Of a stretch of 64,000 bases of DNA, positions 26,922 through 37,160 are shown in pieces. The notes under the pieces are model-generated. The model saw only the letters and a list, made by a program, of their open reading frames with translations, did not search any database and was not told the origin of the DNA. The DNA is from Octopus sinensis (lineage: Eukaryota). The first letter of the stretch is position 1; every line of letters begins with the position of its first letter. Location: contig NW_021829832.1 in NCBI RefSeq assembly GCF_006345805.1, positions 372,001 through 436,000 of the forward strand. Direction: 5' to 3'. A program made the position numbers and the translations under genes.

Positions 26922-27536
26922 TTATCGAACACGAGCAAACCGAACAGTGTTCCTTCTTCTCCACGCAGCATGTTGTGAACCCCCAATAGTCTGATGGAAA
27001 GAATGTCCTTTCCCAATACCGCGGGACTTTTTAGAAGCACTGGTGAGTCCATGGAGTTCACGGTGTTTCTTATTGGGGTTACAAATCCAATTAATGGCCG
27101 GATCATCCCGAATGACTTTATGGGCAGGGTCCACCATTATGACCTCGAATATCCGATAAGTCCCGTCCTCGCACACCCAATAGGAATTGAGCACTCTCAG
27201 AGCATTACACCTCCTCCCAGCACGACCTTCGGCAATGGCCTGAAGACTTTGCTTGGTTTTCCTCTCCCGGACTCCGTGAGTGACGGGTTTTCCGTATGTG
27301 ATTCCTTTCTTTACTGGGCGCTTGCGAGAGCCTCTTCTGACTCTGACCCGATAGATGACAAATCCCTGCTTTGCTTTGTAACCCAGCCGATGGGCCCGTT
27401 CAGGACGACTAGGTCTGCTGACTCGTTGGACCGCAGGCATTTGACGATAACTCCAACAACGAACGCGGAGAAGATACTTCATTACATCAGACTGCTTCTT
27501 CCTCCAGACTTCTTGTACGTATTTACTTGCTCCCAT
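26922..27536 (-). CDS. RPL15: 60S ribosomal protein L15 (eL15), single coding exon, 204 aa
   Basis: [28 protein letters not shown]...LGYKAKQG...RVLNSYWV...[13 protein letters not shown], full-length ORF. Confidence 0.98.
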   Translation of the reverse strand: MGASKYVQEVWRKKQSDVMKYLLRVRCWSYRQMPAVQRVSRPSRPERAHRLGYKAKQGFVIYRVRVRRGSRKRPVKKGITYGKPVTHGVRERKTKQSLQAIAEGRAGRRCNALRVLNSYWVCEDGTYRIFEVIMVDPAHKVIRDDPAINWICNPNKKHRELHGLTSASKKSRGIGKGHSFHQTIGGSQHAAWRRRNTVRFARVR

Positions 27537-27794
27537 TTATTCAAACCCACAGCAAAGCAAATGGAATACACGCTGTATTATTAACGTGATATTTTATTTT
27601 TATTAAATATACAAATCTTATTAAAATATACAAAAAATATATTTTATTTTGTTGTTTATAGTTATGACTTACCAACTGGGAGGGGATAAGAAACAATATT
27701 TTTTCCCATGGCTTAATTATGTTTATACTTTTAATGTCTTAATTGTATATTCTAAATAATATATTAATCTCGATCAACATGTTTAGTGCGAAGG

Positions 27795-30700
27795 ATGACT
27801 GATCTCTCTGTGTGTCGATTCCACATTTTTAAATCCTCAATTTTGACTGCGTGGAGTAGAAGAGAATCCCTCTACGAATTAGGGAAACAACTGAAGGCGA
27901 ATGAGGACAGATTGGGGTCGTTCACCACACCAGAACAAACCACAATATCTGGTTGTATTTTCTTTATATTATAGAATTCCTGGTGAAAAACCTAATTCGG
28001 ACGAATTGTCCTAAATTTGGCCTATTTTTTGGTTTCTGTATAAACTCCGATGTTGATTTAAACTTTAACCCTTCAGATTATTCCATTTTCATGTCTTCTG
28101 GAAGCATTGCTGCCAAGACTGTCGAATCTTGGGAGTGATGTGTGCTCACAAATAATCAAGACTGTCCGAGACCGTCTCCTCACTCAAATGTCCCCTCGTT
28201 CTCAATATATTTCAGAATTGTCTTCGATTATTCCCTCAGTTCCTCGGGCACATTGCTTCACTTTTTCTTCCGTTCTGTCCTCGTTGTGTTGAAAACAATT
28301 CGAGGAGGAACTTTCATCGAGCCAAACTGTGCTCTAAAACATGATATTTCGGCTTTTTTCGGATTAGACTTTGTAAAGTTGTATGGTCGTACTCTATTCG
28401 AGCAATGTCCGCCCGATGACTGTTTGTGTTGCCTACATTTTACTCTTCTAGTAAATGAGATTGAAAATGAGTTTCGTTTGTGCAAGAATACTCTTCGACT
28501 TGTCCTCGATTCACAATTTATTCACAAATTCGAAGAGTTTTTGTCTTTTTCGGAAGAAAAGGCGTCGACTCCTTCTCAGTATAAGGAAAACAACTTTTTG
28601 CTTGGGAGAGCAGTCGTCCTTCACCTGGAAACGTGTCCCCAACCGACATACGTCTCCTTTTCTCGTCTAATCCTTAAATATGAGAAAATATTTGTATTTT
28701 GCTATTTATTTTGACTTGTAGTACGTGGAAAGGACACACAGTGCTTTCCAATTGATATACGTGGCCTTGTCGAGACTGAGGAAGGAATTTGAGGGCGGAA
28801 CTGAGTCACAAAAGTGGCTGAGATTTGTCCTTAAGGATGTTGAGTTTGTTTTTTTGGATTGTAGGTGTGGGTTATTCTCCGTGATATTGGTTGTGAGGAC
28901 ATGGAGACAGTCCTCCGACTCGTCCTCTCATTCGGAGGATACGTCTTGGAGAGCTTGGACTTGTTTCTGGGCGTTGATTTCTTTGTAGCGTTGACTGAGA
29001 CTGCCAAAGTTCACGGATTTATAGTTGATGTGGACAGTTTGGTGGAAATGCAATGGTTTTGTGATTTTTGAGTTTTCTAGTCAGCTAATGAAGCGGTCTG
29101 AGCATAATGGTGAAGATTTGGTGCGTTCCCTTGTGTCTAATGTAGGGAGTTGTTCCGCATTGATTGACCAGATTGTGGGATTTATTTGGTTGAGAGTTTA
29201 GTTTGAGGGGACAGACACTCTCCGGGCTATCAGTCGATTTATTGATCACCGAGTCCTTTGTTACTTGGAATTGACACTGAGGGGGTCGATGGATCACTTT
29301 GTGTCGCGGCTTTTGGGGTTTGTGGGTTCTGTTAATGTAGATTACTCAAAGAACACTCTTCAAGATCCAACGGGGGGAGTGTTTCAGTGTTTGAACACAT
29401 TTTGATGCTATTAATGGATATTCAGTCCCTGGACTACAAGACTGACCAAATTGTAGGGAGTGTAGTCATTCCACTCAGGTCGAGTTTATCGGGGGGTCCA
29501 TTTGTCGGGATAAATGTAAACAACACTCATTGGATTCACTGTAAGTTATATTAATGGACCGAAGGTTGGAACTTGACGACTGGATTGAGTATCTGGGTGA
29601 GGCTGTGGTGTATTGTGACTATAATCTGGGCAATGACACGTTTTCTGTGTGAGTCAGTTTGTTATTCTTCCAGCAGACTGTTGACTCGATTGCTGGTGAT
29701 TTGTACAGTGTTCGACTGGTGTTATATATACATCTCCGCGGGGATGTTAGCCCAATTCCTCTGCATGATACATTCCCTCAGTAGCACGTGGATATGTCAA
29801 TGTTAGATTGAGGAGTGTGGCCCAGTCTATATTGGCTCGAGTTGATCAAAAGTCGAGATTCGACTACTCCGAGGCAGTAGAGGAGTTAACTAATAATCTT
29901 TGCCATCAGTCAGTCTACAAAGGGATTCTCCTCAGACTTGCCTTGTCTCTCGTCCCCCCAGAAGTGTTGGTCGAGTCACTCCTGCATGTGCTAACTCATT
30001 TCTACTAATTGCAGAGCGTGTTGATGTCTGGGGACGAGAGGGAGTGGAATGTGGCATATTATGACCTCGTGACGATTGTTGTGGACACAGCCAGCAGGGA
30101 ATTCATGCAAAAGTTATTTCTAGAACAAAAATTGAGTTATTTATAGAACATTCCCAACTCTTACTCTCAAGTATGTGGACAGGGGAGATGTTCGACGGTG
30201 TCAGTTCATGTTCAGATTTGCCTTGGCTGTTGTTGCGGATTCGACAGGTTTGTTTTGTGTCCTCAAACCACAGCTGACACCGAAATAACAGAATTGGCTT
30301 GGGTTTGTTTCCAAATTGATTTTCAGTGTTCTCCCACTCATTTTGATGTTCTTCTTGTTTTGACGAGGAACATCTGAAGGTTGTGGAGGCCATTTTTGGC
30401 GTGTCTGGTCATCAGGGAGGAGGCTTCGTGGGTAATCACGTGTGTATGTTTGGTAGACTTGTTCTTTGATGTTCTGACATACGTCGTGGTTTATAAGCGT
30501 TTTGCTGTTTATTATAACTCGGCGGTTGGACTGCTGAAAGAGATCTTCCATGTTTTGGGAGACAAGTGTGTTGGTCCACGATTGCACAATCTGGTTTTTT
30601 ATTTGTTGTCTAATTGACTAGTTTTATTTTTTGGCCTCGGCTGTTCCTTTGGACGAGTTTTGGCCGAGTGTGGTGAGTGCGTTCATTGGAATTGACAAGT

Positions 30701-30951
30701 CTAAATTGTCCATGAGTGGCCTCAATATGATTTCCTTCCTCTCTACACAAAAACACTTTGTTTGTGGCACACGTTCTTGATTTGTGTTTATTGTAAAATT
30801 GTTTCAAATTGTTTGTAATGAAACTGTGTCTTGTTTGGACCGAATGGTTCGTTCTGCAAAGGTTCCTGTGACTTAATCTTGTGCTTTGAGTTGTTTTGGA
30901 TGTTTTTGTACATTAAAACAGTCTGAATTGGAAATAACATTTGCCGGATAA
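27795..30951 (+). CDS. Large helical multi-exon protein, tentatively Mediator subunit 24-like
   Basis: A chain of short GT-AG introns runs across the region. N-terminal FKSSILTAWSRRES resembles MED24 LKQAILQAWKERWS, and CVGPRLHNL near the end weakly resembles AGPHTQF. The 3' exons and stop are approximate. Confidence 0.42.
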
Positions 30952-31077
30952 GACATTGACGACGATCAAATTTTTGTGATATCTAACTTTAGATTGAGTA
31001 CTAATTGGATTAAGTGTTTTAGTTAATCAAGTCATTAATACAACTTGTTAATTAATTATTTGTAAGTATATGGTGTG

Positions 31078-31507
31078 ATGGGAAAGTCCTACCATTGCCT
31101 TTACTGTGGTAAAAGTTTCAAAGATGTGCTCTCAAACCGCCTGAGACATGTAAACGGGGTTACTCATAAGAGACTAAGACAGGAATATTATGAACTATAC
31201 ACAGGTAACTTGGTAATCAAATACAGACCCATTCGGAGTCCTAGCCAATGACACCAACAAGCGACCTTGCCTTAAGTTCCAGGCCGGACAATGCAGATTC
31301 GGAAGTCACTGCAGATACTCTCATTTGACTAAAGAAACGAAAAGTTTATTGGTCTATATCAGTTATCATTTCTTCTATAATTCAGTTAATCAAATAGAAA
31401 CCACTCGAATGCAGGATTACAACATTTCACTTCGCTCTATCGACGACTGGGTCAAGCAAAACCCTCAAATTGAGAAAAGACATTCAAAAATAAAATATTT
31501 TCAATAA
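31078..31507 (+). CDS. ZMAT5: Zinc finger matrin-type protein 5 (U11/U12 snRNP 20-kDa protein)
   Basis: MGKSYHCLYCGKSFKDVLSNRLRHVNGVTHK (matrin C2H2) | ...DTNKRPCLKFQAGQCRFGSHCRYSHL (C3H1), the two-finger architecture of ZMAT5; intron 31205-31226 (22 nt). Confidence 0.88.
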
Positions 31508-31590
31508 AAACTGAAATGTCTATTAAATTGCCTTTATATGTCAAAACATTATTCAATGTGACTGTTTTATTGACATAATTAAGTCCCAAA

Positions 31591-32405
31591 TTAGTTAGTA
31601 ATCTTTAAGTTATGTCTTTGTCCACGACGTGACTTGGCTGATGTCTGGAATGTCGATTCGTCGTTGTCGAAGTAGTTGAATCGGTGTGTCTGTGTCGGGT
31701 TCTTATCTGTGGCCTTCCACGGAGCACTCGGTCTCCAGTGGAACTTTTCGATTTCTCGGGTGACTGTCAGCTCTGGACTATTTTCCAGTGGATTCTCCTC
31801 GCGATTTTCGACTTGACTCTGTTCGATATACTAAACCGTATTTATGCCACAAATCATAACTTTTTTGTGCATATTTCTGAGGGCGAGAATATTTTCGAGA
31901 TACAAGTGCTTCCACAGATTGGTCTCATACTTTGTTGGTGAAAAGTTGAGATACCAGTCCAGTGCAATACACTTGGGCATCCAAATCTGGTCCGAGCAGC
32001 TCAGGTAATTCCAATACCAGGAGACCTGTTGATATTACACTTCTTACTTGGGCACAGTTGCAGAGGGTTCGTGGGTCAAGATATGAAAATATCTCAAAAC
32101 ACACAGCGCGGGGGAGGATCCTTGTAAAGTCCTCGTGGATGATTTCAATTTTGTCTTTAAGATTTGACTTTATGTAATTGAATTCGGAAATATTTCCAGT
32201 TTCGATCACTTCGTTTATGAGTCTTTTCCTTTGCTCGCTATTCCATGATCGAATCTGTTACTTTGTTTGAACTGAATTACCCATTTGGAGATTAAAGTGA
32301 ATCTTTCTTCGAAAATCTACGATTACGTATGCTTAATGCCTGAGAGTTTGTATCTTTTTGGCCAAGAGGTGTCCAGTTGCTCTTGATTCTATTTTTGGCA
32401 ATCAT
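31591..32405 (-). CDS. FBXO16: F-box only protein 16
   Basis: NWTPLGQKDTNSQIFEERFTLISKW, F-box DFTRILPRAVCFEIFSYLDPRTLCNCAQVSWYW, DQIWMPKC, C-terminal PWKATDKNPTQTHRFNYFDN; first intron is GC-AG (32317-32339). Confidence 0.85.
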
Positions 32406-32470
32406 TTCTTTCGCTAAGGTGATGCCAATCCAATGTCGCCCTGGTTGCAAATAATTATTTGTATAATTTT

Positions 32471-35400
32471 GAGATTATTTTAGTTGTTGTGGTGTGTGCA
32501 TGTACGTTTCCAAGCAGTTAAGGAAAACGAAACCTACGGGCCTTCCTGCAAATAAAAAGAACTTAAAAAAGACAGGACCGTCGCCTATGGGACCTCACAA
32601 TGCCACAAGAGCTAATGGTGTTAAAGAAGATCTTGTTGGTGATGCTGCCAAAACTAACTTGCATTCTCTTTCTGCGATCATCGGAAATGTCAATGGTGTC
32701 TCTGAAGGCGAATGGGTGTCTCAGATTGCCCTTGCCGCGAAGCAAAGACTTGGAAGGATGCCAAGAGGTGGTTGGAACCTTGTCCTGGAGAAGTTCAATG
32801 AGAAGTACTCGGCAAAGTGCTCCAGTTTATGCCAACTAAAGAGCATGGCTAGACGGAATAACAATGTGCAAGGGAGATGCGACTCTTCCAGAGTGCAAGA
32901 TGATGTGGACGTAGAAATTTCCAGTTTCAGAAATTGCCTAGAGGAACTCAAATTCCAAATTGGGAAAGTTCAGTCTATTCAGAGAGACTCTCGAAAGCCA
33001 ACTCCAAAGGTGCAACGAAGGATGGTAAAAACTGATATCCTGGCTGGATTAAATTCTGCAATTTATCATATTACAAAAGATGATCCGCCCCAAGATATTA
33101 ATCAAATTACCGATATTCTATATGCTGCACAGTGTGCTTATTTGGCCTTAACTACGAGAGCCAGACCACAGAGCACATGGTTGGAAAACACGGAAAGAAA
33201 AATCTCTAAATTAGCAGATGAAATTGACACAGTTCGTTCCTTCTCCAAACAAACCTTGCCTCAGGCAGAAAAGCAAAAGGCAATGGATGTTCTCTGCCGC
33301 TACGGATATAAGAAGTCTAAGAAGGGGGAGCTAACCAGAATTGAGACTCTATTGAATGATCTAATTAGAATCAAAAAGAAACAGATATCTATCCATTCCT
33401 CGAGGAAAAATTTCCGGAAAGACAATGCGTGTTTTGAATTAAACCGCAGAAGATTTTATCGAAACTTATCTTCGAGCAACGAAGCCACCCTGTATGGGTT
33501 TGGTGATGGTGAGTGCTTATCATTTTGGGAAGATGTCTGGAGCAAGAAAAATATGGGGCCCGTAGTTTATGATTTTGTGGGTGTGAGGTGTACTGGCGGT
33601 GAAACCATGCGACCTCAATTCACAAGTGATTTTATTATGGATATGCTCAAATATGCACCTGACTGGAAGGCATGCGGATGCGACGGAACGTATAACTTTT
33701 TCTTAAAGAAGATGGATTCTTTGCATGGGTTTCTGTGTAAAGAGATAGTCCGAATAATTAATGGAGAGTACACGCCTGATAGCTGGTTTTACACTGGCGT
33801 AACTTACTTGATCCCTAAAAAAAGTGAGTGTGAGACCCCGAAGGACTTACGCCCTATAACGTGTATGCCAACTTTGTATAAACTTGTCACCAAATGTGTT
33901 AATGCCAAACTGGCCGATTTCATCGAGGCATTTGGCTTAATCTCAGATAATCAGCTTGGGACGAGGAAGCAATGTCAAGGCGCCAAAGAGCAAGCCCTCA
34001 TTAACCAATGCTTAAATAAGGAGTATGGAAATGGCCTCTATTCTGCTTGGGTCGATGTGAAGAAGGCATTTGACTCAGTTGATCACGAGTTCTTGTTCCA
34101 CGTATTGGATTGCTCTGGAATACCACATTGGATTGTCAGCTTTGTAAAGAACATAGTCAAGAAGTGGACAGTAAACTTACATATCGATGGGAAAAGAATT
34201 GGGAAAGTAAAGTTAAGCCGGGGAATACTCCAAGGAGATTCATTGTCCCCGCTGCTATTCGTTATGGCGATGGATCCCCTAAGCAGGATGCTTAACTCCA
34301 TGTTTCCCAAACTCGAAATTAGTCGGGAAGATTCCAATATGTTGACATACTCCACCAATCATTTCTTCTTTATTGACGATCTGAAAATAGTTGCCCTCAA
34401 AGAAGATGTGTTAGTCAAAATGATGGAGGCTGTTAATGGATTTTTTGAAAGTGTCGGCCTAGAGATGAATTCCGAAAAATCAGCATCTAATGTGGAATCT
34501 TTATCATGCTGTGAGACTGTCGATGGAATCAACGGATATCGCTACTTGGGTGTACTTGAAGATGGCGGAAGTAATGTTCTCAAGAATAAAGTTATGGACT
34601 CCATATTGGAGAATGTCAAGAAGAGGATAACTATGTTGTCAAAAACAAACCTGAATGCTGTAAATTTGTTTCGTGGAATCAATGAATATGCATTATCCCT
34701 ATATAATTATTATATTGGGCTAATCAATATTGAACCTTACGAATTTGATGAGATTGACCAACAAATACGCCGATTACTTACGACTCTCAAGTTACACCTC
34801 CAGCCTGCAAATAAGGAGAGGTTGTATTTGGACCGCAAGACCCTTGGAAGAGGACTTGCCTCAATTTCTTTCAAAAGCGAATTAATGCTCTTCCAGTTTC
34901 TTAAAAGTTTGGAAAAACAGTCGACTACCTGTCTGCGGAGGTCGGGTATTCTGCGAGTAATAAAAGGAAAAAAATGGCACTTAGCCACAATCGCAGAATT
35001 TCTTGTCTCCAAATATGCAGCTGTCGGCAGGGAAAATCTGACCATTGAGTTACTGAAGGACGCACAAAGGAAACTCTTGCTTAACCGAATTAACAGTAAA
35101 TCACTACACTCGGTGATGTTCAAATGTATGGAGGAATCAGATGTCGACATATCTACTTCTTCGCAATGGCTATCGAAAGGGAACAATGGTCCACGAAGCG
35201 AAGCATTGTACTGTCTTTTGCAAGATAGGAATTTGTTCTTTGCATACACGGGATCACTATGCGTCCACTGCAAAAAAAGCAGGCAGACTGTTGACCATCT
35301 AGCCACGCGGTGTGGTAGGATGCTAAACAGTGATTATCTCCGAAGACACAACGAAGTGGTAAAGTGTATTCATCTCCACTTGTGTCGAATGTATGGAATA

Positions 35401-36053
35401 AAACGAAGCAGGAAATTGAAAGGACATTCAGTCGTGTCAACAATGTCGACCCAAAATGTCGAAATCAGAGTTGACACTTCAATTATGACTGAAACAAAGG
35501 TTCAATTCAATAAACCTGATATCTTCGTTTATGACAAGAGGAAAAGAGAAATTCATTTAATCGAAGTGGGAGTTACCTCGCAAGACCGTTTAAAGCAAGT
35601 TGAAGTGGAGAAATTTCACAAATATGACCTGCTTGCAAACGAACTGTCGGTTCTCTATGAAGCAAAAGTGAAGATTATTCCAATTGTCTTGACATGGGAT
35701 GGAGTTGTCTCAAAGTTCTTTAAAAGTCATATGGACAAATTATCCATTGAAGAAGGAACGAGGACATACATCCAGTCGGTTGTGCTGAAGAGGACTCTAG
35801 AGAGTATGTTTATTGAACACAGACATGGGATGAAGGTAGACAACGAGGAGTACGCCTCTGCCGCCAATCAACTTGCAGAGCTGGCATGTCGTGAGGACAC
35901 TCAGTTGAGCAATTACTTTGACGCAGAAATGGAAAATGATGAGAATTTTGTTGCAAACTCTTCTTCCAAGCGAAGAAGAGAAATCACTGACGATCTGGAT
36001 TCTTAAATAATTTAAGATAGAATTTACATAATTAATTTTTATTAAACATTGGT
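32471..36053 (+). mobile_element. Full-length R4/Dong-clade non-LTR retrotransposon with restriction-like endonuclease
   Basis: Single intact ORF, flanked by a 13-bp direct repeat TTTGTATAATTTT at 32458-32470 and 36054-36066 (putative TSD; AT-rich, so not fully certain). Confidence 0.85.
32500..36006 (+). CDS. Retrotransposon polyprotein: Myb-like domain, RT, CCHC knuckle, REL endonuclease (~1168 aa)
   Basis: GGWNLVLEKFNEKY (Myb-like); LRPITCMPTLYK, WVDVKKAFDSVDH, GILQGDSLSPLLF, FFIDDLK, YRYLG; CVHCKKSRQTVDHLATRC, RRHNEV, KPDIFVYD..IEVG..EKFHKY. Confidence 0.93.
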   Translation: MYVSKQLRKTKPTGLPANKKNLKKTGPSPMGPHNATRANGVKEDLVGDAAKTNLHSLSAIIGNVNGVSEGEWVSQIALAAKQRLGRMPRGGWNLVLEKFNEKYSAKCSSLCQLKSMARRNNNVQGRCDSSRVQDDVDVEISSFRNCLEELKFQIGKVQSIQRDSRKPTPKVQRRMVKTDILAGLNSAIYHITKDDPPQDINQITDILYAAQCAYLALTTRARPQSTWLENTERKISKLADEIDTVRSFSKQTLPQAEKQKAMDVLCRYGYKKSKKGELTRIETLLNDLIRIKKKQISIHSSRKNFRKDNACFELNRRRFYRNLSSSNEATLYGFGDGECLSFWEDVWSKKNMGPVVYDFVGVRCTGGETMRPQFTSDFIMDMLKYAPDWKACGCDGTYNFFLKKMDSLHGFLCKEIVRIINGEYTPDSWFYTGVTYLIPKKSECETPKDLRPITCMPTLYKLVTKCVNAKLADFIEAFGLISDNQLGTRKQCQGAKEQALINQCLNKEYGNGLYSAWVDVKKAFDSVDHEFLFHVLDCSGIPHWIVSFVKNIVKKWTVNLHIDGKRIGKVKLSRGILQGDSLSPLLFVMAMDPLSRMLNSMFPKLEISREDSNMLTYSTNHFFFIDDLKIVALKEDVLVKMMEAVNGFFESVGLEMNSEKSASNVESLSCCETVDGINGYRYLGVLEDGGSNVLKNKVMDSILENVKKRITMLSKTNLNAVNLFRGINEYALSLYNYYIGLINIEPYEFDEIDQQIRRLLTTLKLHLQPANKERLYLDRKTLGRGLASISFKSELMLFQFLKSLEKQSTTCLRRSGILRVIKGKKWHLATIAEFLVSKYAAVGRENLTIELLKDAQRKLLLNRINSKSLHSVMFKCMEESDVDISTSSQWLSKGNNGPRSEALYCLLQDRNLFFAYTGSLCVHCKKSRQTVDHLATRCGRMLNSDYLRRHNEVVKCIHLHLCRMYGIKRSRKLKGHSVVSTMSTQNVEIRVDTSIMTETKVQFNKPDIFVYDKRKREIHLIEVGVTSQDRLKQVEVEKFHKYDLLANELSVLYEAKVKIIPIVLTWDGVVSKFFKSHMDKLSIEEGTRTYIQSVVLKRTLESMFIEHRHGMKVDNEEYASAANQLAELACREDTQLSNYFDAEMENDENFVANSSSKRRREITDDLDS

Positions 36054-36239
36054 TTTGTATAATTTTTACTTTTTATATTTTTTTAATATAAAATTGAATT
36101 TGGAATAATTATTTTTTAATTTTGTTAAAAAAACATACATTATAAATGCTATTTTTAATTTTAAATGCTAATTCAAATTGCATTTAAAATTTTTTTAATG
36201 CCACACATAAAATGATAATAAATTAATTTAAATAAAAGA

Positions 36240-37160
36240 ACAGAATTCATCTGCCAAAACTCATTTTCACCCTCAGAAGAAATCCCTGCTTCCTGCATAT
36301 GGACCTACTCGCCGCATACGACGCAATCCTGAAAAAGACTGCTGAATCCGTCCTCAATGTCCACCTCGATGGTCCGGGATGGGCCCAATGCTCGCTCCCA
36401 CTGAGATTCGGAGGTGCGGGAATCCGCACTGCATCCGATTTGGCACTTCCGGCATATCTATCCTCCCTTTCGATGTGCAACAACCTGGCCTCTGAGATCC
36501 TACTCAAATCTTTCGGATCTTGCCTGGACGGTGCTTTTTCGGATGGGCTTACTACTGGGATCGCTCCTTTGAGAGGCCCGAAGATTTCTCCAACCAACGT
36601 GCCTGGGACTCTATCGCATGCCGAGTGCGTGTGTCTGAGCTCTCGGCAACCCTTGACCAACACCGCCTGGCATGCCTTCGTGCGGCATCCGCCCCTCACT
36701 CTGGCAGCTGGCTGAATGCTCTTCCTCTTTCCAGGATCGGGACGTGGCTAGACGATGCTGCCATACGCATCGGAGTGGCTCACCGTCTCGGCCTGGATGT
36801 TTGTGCCAAACACCGCTGCAGATGCGGTGAGGACGTAAAGGGACTGCACCCACTTTCCTGCAAGAGGAGCGCAGACAGGGAACACAGACACAAGGCCCTC
36901 AATGAAATCGTGAAGGCCGGTCTCGAATCGCGCGGGCCATTCGTGCCTCCTCGAACCGGTCGGATTCGATCGGGGAGATGGCAAAAGTCCTGACGGGATG
37001 ACAATATTCCCGTACTCGTCGGGGAAGGCCCTCGTATGGGATGTTACCGTTGTGAATACCTTTTCAAAATCGAGGATCCATTCTTCCGCCGCAAACCCTT
37101 GTTCGGCTGCAAACCATGCCGAAATGATCAAAATACAAAAATATTCTTCGCTCAGAACAA
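36240..37160 (+). mobile_element. CRE-clade-like REL retrotransposon fragment (post-RT region, zinc knuckle, REL), frameshifted
   Basis: PKLIFTLRRNPC...LPLRFGGAGIR..DLALPAYLSS, RLACLRAASAPHSGSWLNALP, HRCRCG..GLHPLSCK..RHKALNEIVK, PDGMTIFPYSSGKALVWDVTV. GC-rich relative to its flanks. Confidence 0.8.

Noticed and set aside
26994-27584. 196-aa ORF on + strand
   Set aside because: It is an antisense shadow of RPL15 with no recognisable motif.
30103-30807. Minus-strand ORFs (128, 96 and 65 aa) as an orphan gene
   Set aside because: The + strand here carries a consistent GT-AG exon chain continuing the MED24-like gene, so these are shadow ORFs.
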